Source: Neoechinorhynchus agilis
Lineage: Eukaryota; Animalia; Acanthocephala
Length of the DNA stretch: 64,000 nucleotides
Direction of reading: 5' to 3'
NCBI GenBank assembly: GCA_051530055.1
Contig: CM121341.1
Span: 6,426,784-6,490,783 of the forward strand
Shown piece by piece: positions 37,041-48,829 of this stretch. The notes beneath the pieces were generated by a model. The model was given only the letters and a program-made list of their open reading frames with translations, was not told the DNA's origin and ran no database searches. Numbering within the stretch: position 1 is the stretch's first letter; every line of letters starts with the position of its first letter. A program made the translations under genes and the position numbers.

Positions 37041-38368
37041 ATACTCACCCTCATCGACTGCATCGTCGTCTACATCGATGCTTCATAAATAGCCGCTCAC
37101 CTCGAGCAGTTCAGATCGTTATGAAATATCGATAAATAATAAAAACATCTTAATTGCGTTTTGGATGGCAAAATGGTAAATTCGCCTTACCGTTTCCATT
37201 GACATGATCCTCTCGCTCGCCTTTTGACGGCGACCTCCCTTGGAAACAAGAGCGCCTCGTGTTAAGTTTCTCTACGGCTTTTGGCAACGATAGCAATGCA
37301 ATTGATCAGAATATCTCTGAGACAACAAATCCCCTGTCTCACCGCTGTTATTTTCCTATGAGGAAACTCAATAAATTAGTGATAAGACCGCTAAGAACTC
37401 TATCTTCTATATAGACGTTAACCAGACTTTATTTAATGTCTACTTTACGTGAATATGTCCCTGGGGTCTTGCAAGTCAAACTTATTTTGTCTTGCCTCCC
37501 GGATCCGGAATGTGGTACGGAATTTCCGTATTTTATCTTTATGAGACTGGTGAACTGGTAATAATACTTTTGTACACTAATCCATTGAAGTGTGAGCATC
37601 CATTTTTCTGCTGAATGCTGGGGAAAACCTTCTCTAAAAGGAGCGTCTCTGAAGCGCCACACGAAATAGTTTTTGCTTATTTAAAGCGGAATTTATATAT
37701 ATTTTGAAGTCCAAGTTCTTATTCTGTGAAAATAGTAATCGGTAATTACAAAAATCTTTTTTCCGAGGGCCACTTTAAAGGCGGTTCAATGTGGGGTTTT
37801 TTGGCTCGGGAAGGTATTCGTTCTTGTTTCTGTTGATTATGATTTATGCCATCGATTTTAATTGACATTAATAGGACATTAAACGGCGGGGTTTTCGCAT
37901 TTGGACATCTCAATATTCCAATGCGATAGGAAAAGAATGTTACATCTAGTAGACCTATTGACGAATTATCTTTAAAGAAGATCTCTTACCTTCCACTTAG
38001 TAATGGTGAACTTGATTTTGCGACTGTTTTAAGGAAAAAAAGCGGAAATTAGATGAATCACAAAGATCTTTGACAGAGTAACACAGATCACAGGTGGATG
38101 ATATCAAATGTCAATGGAATGATGCCAAGAAAGCAGCTCTGAAATGTCTTACAAGATCAATCAATCTTTTTAAAATTGTTCCTTCCCGAGTAATATTTTG
38201 AGCTGTACTTAAACCGACTCATTCTGCGACATTTTCTTGATCGATGAACACTAATTCATACGTGCACCTTTTCGAGCTCAATTCAATTGAGAGAGAAACA
38301 TAATTTGGGAATGCTTGATTATCCACAAATTTTGCTTAACCTGTTCTAAATATTGAAAAAATAGGCTG

Positions 38369-40830
38369 AAAAGAATGTCCAGGTCTCAAAAGAGTACATT
38401 GATGCATTCGTATACTTTTACCATTTACAATCTCCGACCGTTGGATTAATTTAAGCATTTTGTATAATGTAGCGATAAAGTTTACTAATGCTTTTCAGAA
38501 TTATTTCTTTATGAGTGAGCATTTAAAAAATAAAACAATATTTGCCGGGATGTAGTCTTAGTTTATAATTTCAATATATTTCAGGACCAAGGATTTTAAG
38601 TAAAATCGCGTTGATTTTGTTAACGAATGAACCGAAAACAAGACGAAAATTCTTAAACTCGCAAGTGCAAAGAAGCAGATCGAATATTGACCTAAATCAC
38701 CATTCTGATTTAAAGTGTCCCTTCCTCGGCTTTTTAGTTTTTCGTTCATGGAACGAAGCCACAACGATCTCTTAAATGAGAGAAGTGATTGAATCACTAA
38801 GATTCTCAAAAACATACGATAATGAGTTTTGTACGTCCTCCGAATTCTCAGATGCTTAATTATATAAAGGAATCAATTTGCATCGTAAATCACATTTGAA
38901 AGTATTGGTATTTAATCGCCGAAATCATTACCTCCTACTTTAATTAGTTTCTCAATTTAATCGAGCAAATAGCCAATCACCGTCCGTCTTTCTTCATTCA
39001 AAGATAATGTTCATTAGCGTTGAAAATCAGAATAAAGTAGGGAAATCATTAACGAATATCGATATTTAGCATCACTGCTCTCATAAAATAAAATCGTTCA
39101 CTCCTTTTTTAAGAATTTTTATATGTGACTCAGATAGTAGCCCTTGGATAGATTTTTTCATTCGATCTCCATCAAAAACATTAAGAGCACGAATTGAATC
39201 GAACCAAATATTATTCAAAATTCTAATACCAACTAAAATTAATTTAAACTAATAGTTGACGGCTATGAATTTATCCAGCAATAAAAATGAAATAAATTGC
39301 CGTAAAGATACTTTGCATCGAATGTGAGAAAAGTAGGAGAGCCAGGCGAGAATGGAGTGATTTTACTTTAAAAGGAGTTTCGGATGAAAATGGCATCGAA
39401 TTATTATTGCATTCTCACTGATTTCAAAATTCGATGACTTTGGTAAGACGATTTTAGCACACAACTCAACAGTAAAGCGTCATTTAATTTATTGACCTTT
39501 TTCCATTTGTGGATTTTATTCCGGTTGGTTTTTACTCGTCGCGTCCAGAAGTTATTGGATTTCCGCCAAGGAACACGATGTGAAACATTCTAAGAGAGTG
39601 GAAAGTATCGTTGTTCAATTCCGAAATAAAATTGTCGCTTAAATCAAGAACCGCTAAATTAATTAGCTTCGAGAATGAAGTCGATTGTAAGTTCCTGATG
39701 TTGTTTTGATTTAAAAAAAGTCTTCGTAGATTTGTCCATCCTACAAAATCCGATCCATTTAAAATACTGATATTGTTATTTACAAGGCTAAGGATCAATA
39801 TATTTTCCTTAGTCTGATCGTTACCAATCGGCACGCTTTCCAATTTGCCTTCTTCGAAATACAAAGCTTTCAGCTTAGGCAAATTTTCCAGGTTAGGAAC
39901 ATTAAATGTCGTACTATTCGACTTTCTTACACTCAAGCTTGTCAGTTCTGGTAAGTTCAGACTTTTAATTAATTGATTAAGATCGCCATGGAAATCCATT
40001 AGAAGATATTCGAGTTGTGATACAGCACTGCGATCGATGGTGACCGAATCAATCGCGTTTCCGTACAGAGTAAGCCCGGTAAGGTTTTGGAAACAAGTTG
40101 CGTTGTCAATATCGAGTGAAGTTATCTTATTTTCACGCAGGTTTAAGATCCGAAGTGAACATATCTTTTTGATTACTCCAAGACTTGACAGTTTACTGGA
40201 GGTAATAGAGAGACTTTTAAGATTAGGAAGTTTTGTCCCAAATGATTTATCCAGTTTTGTCATCTTTCCACCTACAATTGTTAAATATTTGAGATTTGGA
40301 AGCAAATTATTGAATTCCATTTCACTTATATTCATATTTATCAACTCAAGTCTCTCAATGTTATAGAACTTGTTTGTGCATTCTCCGGTGCATATCTCAT
40401 ATTCCTTTGAAGGTGCATTTTCAAGCCTTAAGTTGATAACATTTGGTAGTAGGTCAGATAGATTATTTGGAATTTCATCGATACCAACACCTGCAATTGA
40501 AAGACTGACTACTGATTCATTTGCTTTCGAGTTTAAAGCTTCAATAAGTGTAGTGGCATTGTCATGGCGGGAACTACACTGAATCGCAAAATTTACTCTA
40601 TTCGAATGTAAGATAACGCATTTGTCTGACGGTCTTGTATCTCCGTAAACCAGTAGGCCAAATAGAAAACTTAAGACAAAGAATAGGATATTCATTGCAC
40701 GATTTTAGTCGAGGACTACGGGTCTTGCCTCGCGTTTTATACTAAATTTTTTAGAAATGTTTGCTTGGGACTCGTGTTGAGGTTACCTCACATCGTAAAA
40801 GTTGGAGATTCATTGCCCAGTTTTAGTCGA
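38369..40830. repeat. Segmental duplication copy 2 (includes LRR gene 39532-40695)
   Basis: Matches 29611-31970 apart from an ~85-bp extra segment near 38438-38522 and mosaic LRR coding sequence. Confidence 0.9.
39532..40695 (-). CDS. Intronless secreted leucine-rich-repeat protein, 387 aa
   Basis: Signal peptide plus LRRs; mosaic of the neighbouring paralogues. Confidence 0.9.
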   Translation of the reverse strand: MNILFFVLSFLFGLLVYGDTRPSDKCVILHSNRVNFAIQCSSRHDNATTLIEALNSKANESVVSLSIAGVGIDEIPNNLSDLLPNVINLRLENAPSKEYEICTGECTNKFYNIERLELINMNISEMEFNNLLPNLKYLTIVGGKMTKLDKSFGTKLPNLKSLSITSSKLSSLGVIKKICSLRILNLRENKITSLDIDNATCFQNLTGLTLYGNAIDSVTIDRSAVSQLEYLLMDFHGDLNQLIKSLNLPELTSLSVRKSNSTTFNVPNLENLPKLKALYFEEGKLESVPIGNDQTKENILILSLVNNNISILNGSDFVGWTNLRRLFLNQNNIRNLQSTSFSKLINLAVLDLSDNFISELNNDTFHSLRMFHIVFLGGNPITSGRDE

Positions 40831-41382
40831 CGACTACGAGTCTTGTCTCGCGTTTTATACTAAATTTTTTAGAAATGTTTGCTTGGGACTCGTGTTGAGG
40901 TAACTTTACGTAGTTAAGGTTATCTCGCAAGGTGTAACCGAGACTGGATGTCTACGTCAGTGACAAGCCCTTTTCTATTTTGGTATTCTTAGAGCCTCAA
41001 ATAAAGTCTCAAATGGACACTTCTAATAGTTGTTTGATTGTGGCATGTCGAGGATGATAAGCACTGATAAGGCACGAAATGTAATAATATAAAGGAATCA
41101 ATTTGCATCGTAAATCACATTTGAAAGTATTGGTATTTAATCGCCGAAATTATTACCTCCTACTTTAATTAGTTTCTCCATTTAATCGAGCAAATAGCCA
41201 ATCACCGTCCATCTTTTTTCTAATGGATTTCTTAATGGTCAAAAAAACAATAAACTACTACATTCAAAGATAATGTTCATTAGCGTTGAAAATCAGTATA
41301 AAATGGAGAAAGCATTAGCGAATACCGATATTTAGCTTCACGGTTCTTATAAAATATAATTTGCTCACTCGTTTTCATAGAA

Positions 41383-42165
41383 ATGTTTTATGGTAAGAAT
41401 TTGATCTCTTTTCATGAAATTATTATTTTCGATGAAGGAACTCTGAATCAAATGGGACGGCCGTATGTCAGAGGGGAAACTCTATGTGATTTTTTGAAAC
41501 GAGAAATAATAAGATTGTCAAATGCAGGATTGCCGAAATTCGCGATTGCGGAAACGACGAGGGTTTCTCACAGTTGTGTAACCAAAATATTGAAAAGGTT
41601 TGCGTTTTAAATTAAATATTAATAATTTTGCCTTAGGCATAAGAACATTACCTCCTTCCGCTCACATAAAAATCCGAGATTGAAATATACGAAGCAGCAG
41701 ATAGCGATATTGGAGGAGTTTTATCGTTCGAATCCATTGCCCAGTAAAGAAACACAAAACGACATTTCACTTCAATTACGAATACCAACAAAAAATGTGA
41801 AGGTTTGTCGAGATTTCGGAAATATTGTTTGTCAGAAGCGTTTTTAGTCGTGGTTTGGAAACCGTCGCTTTAAAGATAGAAAGCAAACTGTGGGGAAAAT
41901 TGTTTGCGGCAGCGACATGAACAATCACATTGGAAATCCTGCGAAGATTTCGGACGTACAGCATCATTATTTTTCGGCTGAATATTACCACGCAAACGAC
42001 TATTACTTTTGTGGCACGAATCATTTTCAGAACGAAACCGCAAACGCCTATTGGCCCCATCAGTACAATAGAAACTTTGGCGATTCCGTAGCTCATGGAA
42101 GCATTTACTGTGATTTACAGAGTTGCTACAATAAGCAAGCAAAAAGCGACACAACTTCCGTCTGA
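41383..42165 (+). CDS. Divergent Pax-like gene: PAI half of the paired domain fused to a homeodomain (exons 41383-41392, 41438-41597, 41637-41802, 41848-42165)
   Basis: G-TLNQMGRPYVRGETL...IIRL...IA...RVSHSCVTKIL matches PAI; KNPRLKYTKQQIAILEEFY...NVK/SWFGNRRFKDRK is a homeodomain; three 39-45 nt GT-AG introns in frame, including the PRD-class position 46/47. Confidence 0.8.
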
Positions 42166-43317
42166 TCTTTTCTACCTCCGCTCCTTTTTCCGTGCTGCCC
42201 AATCTTCTCTCGGATATCATGACCCGAAAATGAACCTGAGGAAAGGCCAACCTTACAAGCGTTCTTGCAAGCAATAATCACCAATTCGCCCACGAGAGCG
42301 GATCTTCCAACCTGACCGCCCGGACTCGTAATCCACTCCAAAATCAGTAGCCAGATTCATTTATCGAATCAGAACTCGAATGTTTATGAGGACCCAAACG
42401 GGGGCGTGGGTCCTCTTCTTTGTGCAGTAATAAAACGTGTTATTATTATCATCTTAGAGTAATAACTCTACAGAGAACCCGATGAATGTGGATTTCTGAT
42501 CGAATAACTCGAAGGTTCTTCCACCCGTTCGGAAATTGCGTCAGTAAAAAAAGAAGTTCAACAAGAACTGAATTTACATTAATGGACATGATACAATTTA
42601 AATCGCGTTCTGGATAATCGAGTAAAGGGGAGTGAAATTCAAATCATTGATCTTCTGAGTTATAAGTCGATTCGAATCGGAGGATGGTGAACGCACCATC
42701 AAAAAAAGAAATCGTTAATGTTTTCAATAAGGTCGATTTCACTGCCGTCTAGAAAAAACCCAATAGGGAATCTCGTCGCCTTGCGATGAACTTTTGGCAT
42801 GACCCGAGCCTTTGTAACATTAAAGACACCAGACATTCATGTCAGTTTTCCATTGAAAACTCGCCTCGCCATGCTCGGCACACACACTAAAAATAGTCAT
42901 CATTCAACAAAAGAGTCTTCATTATTCACGCGCTTCACTCATTTCCCGACTTGGTTCATTTAGCGCCTCTTTTTTTCCGTTCTCGCCGTAGATTCGCGTT
43001 CAAATGAGTGCAAAGGAACAAGCGGTCAATAAGCAGTCGTCTCCGAGTCAATGCAAATCCGGTGGTGGTGGTGGATGCTGCTATACAAGGACTCTGATCA
43101 TCGCATCCATTGTTGTTCTCCTGATTGCAGTAGCAGCTGCCGTCTACAAACAAGAGCAATGTAAGCATTTCTAAAGGAAAAACAAATACTTTCACGTTCT
43201 TAGGGCTTCCTTTACTGATAAAGTACTATAAAGAGGGCCGTACTCTTCTATCTTCGGATCGACAAACAGAAACTGCCCCATTGAAAACGGAAAATGAAGC
43301 CTGAACACACGCGCGCG

Positions 43318-45108
43318 AAGATTTTTCAAATAAAACGCGAGGTTTCGTTATGGAAAAAACTCATATTTCGTTCGATGTTGTAAAGCTTTTAAAAACTGCT
43401 CGGAGTCTTGTAAAATCCCGTTGGTGTGGTCATCGAAGGTCGAACGTCAATTGCGGACATCACATTCGATTCAGATGAATCGTAATAATCGATAATGTAC
43501 CTAAGATCGCGTCCACATGAATCCACGATCCAGTCGTGGCGATCAAATGGAAGATCGTAACCCATGTAATATCGAATGCGTGCACGGGGAGAATATTTAG
43601 CCGAATTGCCTTGAAACGATAGTAATCGTGGACTATTGCATCCTCTAGGTCCGTGGTTCGCGAAATTAGAGGCCAAAAGTGATATGAAAATTCAAACTTA
43701 TTAAAAAGATAAGAAGAGAATACGTCACAAACACACATGACGCGAATTTAAAGAGTTATAAGGAAGATTTTTCAAAAATAAAACGCGAGGTTTCGTTATG
43801 GAAAAAACTCATATTTCGTTCGATGTTGTAAAGCTTTTAAAAACTGCTCGGAGTCTTGTGTAAAATCCCGTTGGTGTGGTCATCGAAGGTCGAACGTCAA
43901 TTGCGGACATCACATTCGATTCAGATGAATCGTAATAATCGATAATGTACCTAAGATCGCGTCCACATGAATCCACGATCCAGTCGTGGCGATCAAATGG
44001 AAGATCGTAACCCATGTAATATCGAATGCGTGCACGGGGAGAATATTTAGCCGAATTGCCTTGAAACGATAGTAATCGTGGACTATTGCATCCTCTAGGT
44101 CCGTGGTTCGCGAAATTAGAGGCCAAAAGTGATATGAAAATTCAAACTTATTAAAAAGATAAGAAGAGAATACGTCACAAACACACATGACGCGAATTTA
44201 AAGAGTTATAAGGAAGATTTTTCAAATAAAACGCGAGGTTTCGTTATGGAAAAAACTCATATTTCGTTCGATGTTGTAAAGCTTTTAAAAACTGCTCGGA
44301 GTCTTGTGTAAAATCCCGTTGGTGTGGTCATCGAAGGTCGAACGTCAATTGCGGACATCACATTCGATTCAGATGAATCGTAATAATCGATAATGTACCT
44401 AAGATCGCGTCCACATGAATCCACGATCCAGTCGTGGCGATCAAATGGAAGATCGTAACCCATGTAATATCGAATGCGTGCACGGGGAGAATATTTAGCC
44501 GAATTGCCTTGAAACGATAGTAATCGTGGACTATTGCATCCTCTAGGTCCGTGGTTCGCGAAATTAGAGGCCAAAAGTGATATGAAAATTCAAACTTATT
44601 AAAAAGATAAGAAGAGAATACGTCACAAACACACATGACGCGAATTTAAAGAGTTATAAGGAAGATTTTTCAAATAAAACGCGAGGTTTCGTTATGGAAA
44701 AAACTCATATTTCGTTCGATGTTGTAAAGCTTTTAAAAACTGCTCGGAGTCTTGTGTAAAATCCCGTTGGTGTGGTCATCGAAGGTCGAACGTCAATTGC
44801 GGACATCACATTCGATTCAGATGAATCGTAATAATCGATAATGTACCTAAGATCGCGTCCACATGAATCCACGATCCAGTCGTGGCGATCAAATGGAAGA
44901 TCGTAACCCATGTAATATCGAATGCGTGCACGGGGAGAATATTTAGCCGAATTGCCTTGAAACGATAGTAATCGTGGACTATTGCATCCTCTAGGTCCGT
45001 GGTTCGCGAAATTAGAGGCCAAAAGTGATATGAAAATTCAAACTTATTAAAAAGATAAGAAGAGAATACGTCACAAACACACATGACGCGAATTTAAAGA
45101 GTTATAAG
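43318..45108. repeat. Four tandem ~448-bp copies containing the HCCS last exon and its acceptor
   Basis: Units 43318-43762, 43763-44212, 44213-44660, 44661-45108 nearly identical; the distal copy has a 2-bp deletion. Confidence 0.97.
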
Positions 45109-45683
45109 TTGTGAAAACAGTGAATGGCGTTAGTGCTTTGATTTGAAAATATGTGTGGAAACGATTACGAAACAGAATACGTGAAAAAAGAGATAAGAAA
45201 ATGACGTCATATTACGAATTAAAAGAGTTCAAATGGATTTAAAAGTTGTGAAAAAGTGCAACTTGAAAAAATATGTGTAGAAACGAGAACCTTTAAGATT
45301 TTTCGAGAACCATTGACGGCAAATTGCTCCCATTTCTCGATTTCCTTCCAAGTCGCCTCGTTATTTGCATTATGCAATGCAATAATGGACCTCATAACGT
45401 CTTCGTCGGGTGCGCTGTCCTTCCTCCATCTCCATCCTTTACTCACCATCGCTTTCCAAAACATTTTCTCTGACGGATAGACCCAGTAATCACCCTTGGC
45501 GTCTGCCTTTGGAATCGAAGAAACTTCTCGCGACCCAGATAATCGCATTGGTTCATTGGGAAGTTTCGTAATTCCGTACTCCTGTTTCCCGGATCGATGA
45601 AACGGACATCTACTAACTGGCGTGAAATTACTTTCAACGTCGTCGGACGAACACGTCGATTCTTTTACGCTTCTTGAACCCAT
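44705..45683 (-). CDS. HCCS: Holocytochrome c synthase (cytochrome c heme lyase); exons 45683-45311 and 44988-44705
   Basis: CP motif, [58 protein letters not shown]; canonical phase-1 intron. Confidence 0.97.
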
Positions 45684-46416
45684 TGCGAACGTTGTGATGA
45701 TGAGCGATTTACCAATATTATTTAATTACGCGCTTTATATACGGAAGAATTGGGAGGGATTGTGTTTGTCATGACGTTACACTTTTATTTTTTGAAACAA
45801 TTCTTGCTAGGAAGCTGCTGTATGGCGTCGAAAGCTCGAAAATAAAGATTTTTCTTTGTTGATTTGGGTTGCCATGAGGCCACACGGCCTTATGCCACAT
45901 CGAAGCCGTTACCATCGGATGGCACTCACAACCAAGGGGGACGCAATACCTCGTTGAATGGAAGAGGAAACTCGCTGACGGCTGTCGTCTCCTCGGGAGG
46001 TATATGAAAATCAATGCCGTTGCCTTATTCCAAAAACCGAGGACTCGGGATGCAATAATCTGAATCAACAAAGAATCGGCTTGCCATGCTCTTCTAAGTG
46101 TTCATTTTTGAAAACTTAATCATTTGGCTAGGAAATGAGGTATTTCATAAGAGAGAAATTTTGGATACTTTAAATTGAACTAATTAATAATCTGTTTCTC
46201 CAAGTAGCCGTCTAAGTTCTGTTTTGTTTGATTATTCAATGAGCAGTTTTCGAAAAAATGGAGTACATTTGAACGGCGAGATTTATGTGTTCATTTGTCT
46301 CCTAGAACGAATTTCAAAGTATTTTAATGGACAAAAGCAAACTGAAATTTGTTTTCCTAGTTCAGTAACCTAGCTACTAGCCACTTCTTTTGGGCAGCGA
46401 TGTTTGTCTATGAGAC

Positions 46417-46617
46417 ATGGAAGTTGTTGGCGATCGCATTCCATTCAAGGACATTACGAATCTTCAAGATGAAAACGGGCAACATTTAAGTGGCACCAGA
46501 CGGGGTCTAGTGATGAATTTTAGTCTCTTTCGGAATATGGACCCTTACCAACGAACTAGACTACTTATGGCTCATAGACGAATCTTTGTCCGAGATTACG
46601 GATGGGTTTCTATTTAA
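46417..46617 (+). CDS. Possible small protein with D-box-like RIPFKDITN
   Basis: 66-codon ORF; only a short motif supports it. Confidence 0.3.
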   Translation: MEVVGDRIPFKDITNLQDENGQHLSGTRRGLVMNFSLFRNMDPYQRTRLLMAHRRIFVRDYGWVSI

Positions 46618-46723
46618 AATAAAAGAATTTGTAAATGATTTTGAACTGAGCACCAATTCTTATATTCTTCATTTTTGCCCGAACATTTTTGTATGATTTC
46701 TCTAATATTCTTAAGATCTTTAG

Positions 46724-47565
46724 ATGAAAGTGATTTCTCTCTTTAGCGGAGGAAAAGACTGTACGTTTAACATGTTAGAATGTATAAGACACAATCACGA
46801 GGTCGTTGGTCTCGCCAATATACGACCTTCTTTACCACACGTACGAATGATTGATTTGCAAATCTTTACTATTGTTCAAATCAGGCATTATAAACGAACT
46901 GGACAGTTTCATGTTTCAGACGGTCGGTCACGAATTGATCGATCTTCAGGCTCAGGCGATGGATTTGCCGCTTTTTAGAGCTGAAACCGAAGGTAATGCC
47001 ATCAACATGGAAATGTCTTACTCCCCGAACGATGAAGATGAAGTCGAAGATCTATTCAAATTGTTAAAAACTGCGAGAACCTCAGGTGCACAGGGCGTTG
47101 GAGTTGGTGCTATAATGTCCGATTACCAGCGAAATAGGGTAATGAACGTCTGTGAACGTTTAAATCTTGAAATGTTGTCTCACATTAGATTCGGATGGAG
47201 AATTCTATAGAAAAAAAAACTCGATTCTAATGTCTTGCTTTTTATGGCATCGTAATCAGTGTACACTTTTAGAAGAAATTATTGGTTCCGGAATGGAAGC
47301 TGTTATGGTGAAGGTTGCTTCCATCGGTCTCGAGCCTCAAAAATGCATTGGTAAAGGACTTGGAGAAATGTTCGAGCATCTTAAGAAACTCGAAAAATTA
47401 TATGGATGTAATGTTTGTGGAGAAGGAGGAGAGTACGAAACTTGTGTCCTCTACTGTCCAAAATTATTCAAACGTAGAGTGATTCTGGACGAATGGGATA
47501 TTGTGAACGCTGGAAGCGGAGCGGCGTATATGCACGTAAAAAAAGCCCATCTTTGTGCCTTGTGA
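46724..47565 (+). CDS. DPH6: Diphthine--ammonia ligase (diphthamide synthase, ATP-binding domain 4)
   Basis: SGGKDC PP-loop, ELDSFMFQTVGH, DEVEDL, VGAIMSDYQRNRV, LWHRNQ, VKVASIGL, NVCGEGGEYET; two introns with atypical junctions. Confidence 0.95.
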
Positions 47566-47742
47566 GAAAATACGCTGCTCAAAAAGTCTCTTGTGTTGCA
47601 ATTAAAAATCAATTGATTCTAACCAAGAATCTTTGTTTCCTTGAAATTAAGAACGGTCGCTCATTTCTCACCTTTTTTCCTTTTTGCACGTCGTTTTGTT
47701 GAGGCGGCGACATTGACTTTTTTTACTGCGGATACCATTTAG

Positions 47743-47949
47743 GTCCGGAAATATTCAATGAATGTGGGCAATTTGACTTTTTGGATTGTAAGTTTTTTCT
47801 CTCGAAAAGTCCGGAACTATTCAATGAATGTGGGCAATTTGACTTTTTGGATTGTAAGTTTTTTTTTCTCGAAAAGTCCGGAACTATTCAATGAATGTGG
47901 GCAATTTGACTTTTTGGATTGTAAGTTTTTTCTCTCGAAAAGTCCGGAA
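47743..47949. repeat. Tandem repeat, 66-67 bp x ~3
   Basis: TTCAATGAATGTGGGCAATTTGAC at 47754, 47820, 47887. Confidence 0.95.
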
Positions 47950-48307
47950 ATAAAAGATTCGATTCTAAAGTATCCCAAAGATAACTCGCGAAAGATTTCA
48001 AAGTTGTATTTATCCTTCGCTCAAATACGTCTCCTATTCTTGGATTTTGTTTCCTTAAAGGAATTCCGTCATTTATCTCCTATGCCCTCAAAAGAGTCCA
48101 TGCACCAGTTCTTGCTCTTTCAAGAGTAAACGAGGTATCTTATTCAGCCGTATAAACAAAGCAATTCCTTGCTTCACTGGAAGCAAACATCATCCGTGAG
48201 AATGCTTGTACGGTTTTTTGTCCCATGCTTGGTTTCCTATAAAGGCCATAGAAGCATTCCTATGAAAACCTGTTATCTTGTATTCTCAAGCCGAAACGGG
48301 AGACGAA

Positions 48308-48829
48308 ATGACTAATATGACAAACCGAATTCTATGTATGTTCACCGTCCATTTTGTTTGCTATTCAATAGCGGAATTTACGACAGCGTTGCTGTTCCTT
48401 CTAAATCGAGATCTGTTCAAAATAACTCCTAAAGTCTTTAACATAACAAGTAACGCAATCAATTGGAACCTTGACGAATTTGCTCTCCTCATCTTCACAC
48501 TCTCAGTCCTATCGATACTATCAAGTATCCATTTGATTATCACTCGGAGCTGTACTCAACAAGCCAAATATTCTTGCCATATAGGACCAGCATTCGTGAC
48601 TGTATCCGTTGCACTCATTGAGATGGCTTTCACTTTATGGATACTCATTCACGCAACCATTAGATCCGGCGAACTTATTCATTTCAAAACTATTCTTGCA
48701 CTTAACTCACTTGTGCAAGCACTCAAAATCATAATCATTTCAGCTATTACGCTAAAACAAATGTGTGCTCAATCTGATCAGTATCTCATTGATGATAAGC
48801 GACAGTTCTATTATCGTTTGTGGACCTAG
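48308..48829 (+). CDS. Intronless four-TM membrane protein, unknown family
   Basis: ATG at 48308; four hydrophobic segments. Confidence 0.7.
   Translation: MTNMTNRILCMFTVHFVCYSIAEFTTALLFLLNRDLFKITPKVFNITSNAINWNLDEFALLIFTLSVLSILSSIHLIITRSCTQQAKYSCHIGPAFVTVSVALIEMAFTLWILIHATIRSGELIHFKTILALNSLVQALKIIIISAITLKQMCAQSDQYLIDDKRQFYYRLWT

Noticed and set aside
42956-43195. Possible neuropeptide precursor (hydrophobic start, basic clusters)
   Set aside because: No amidation or repeated peptide motif and a weak signal peptide; insufficient support
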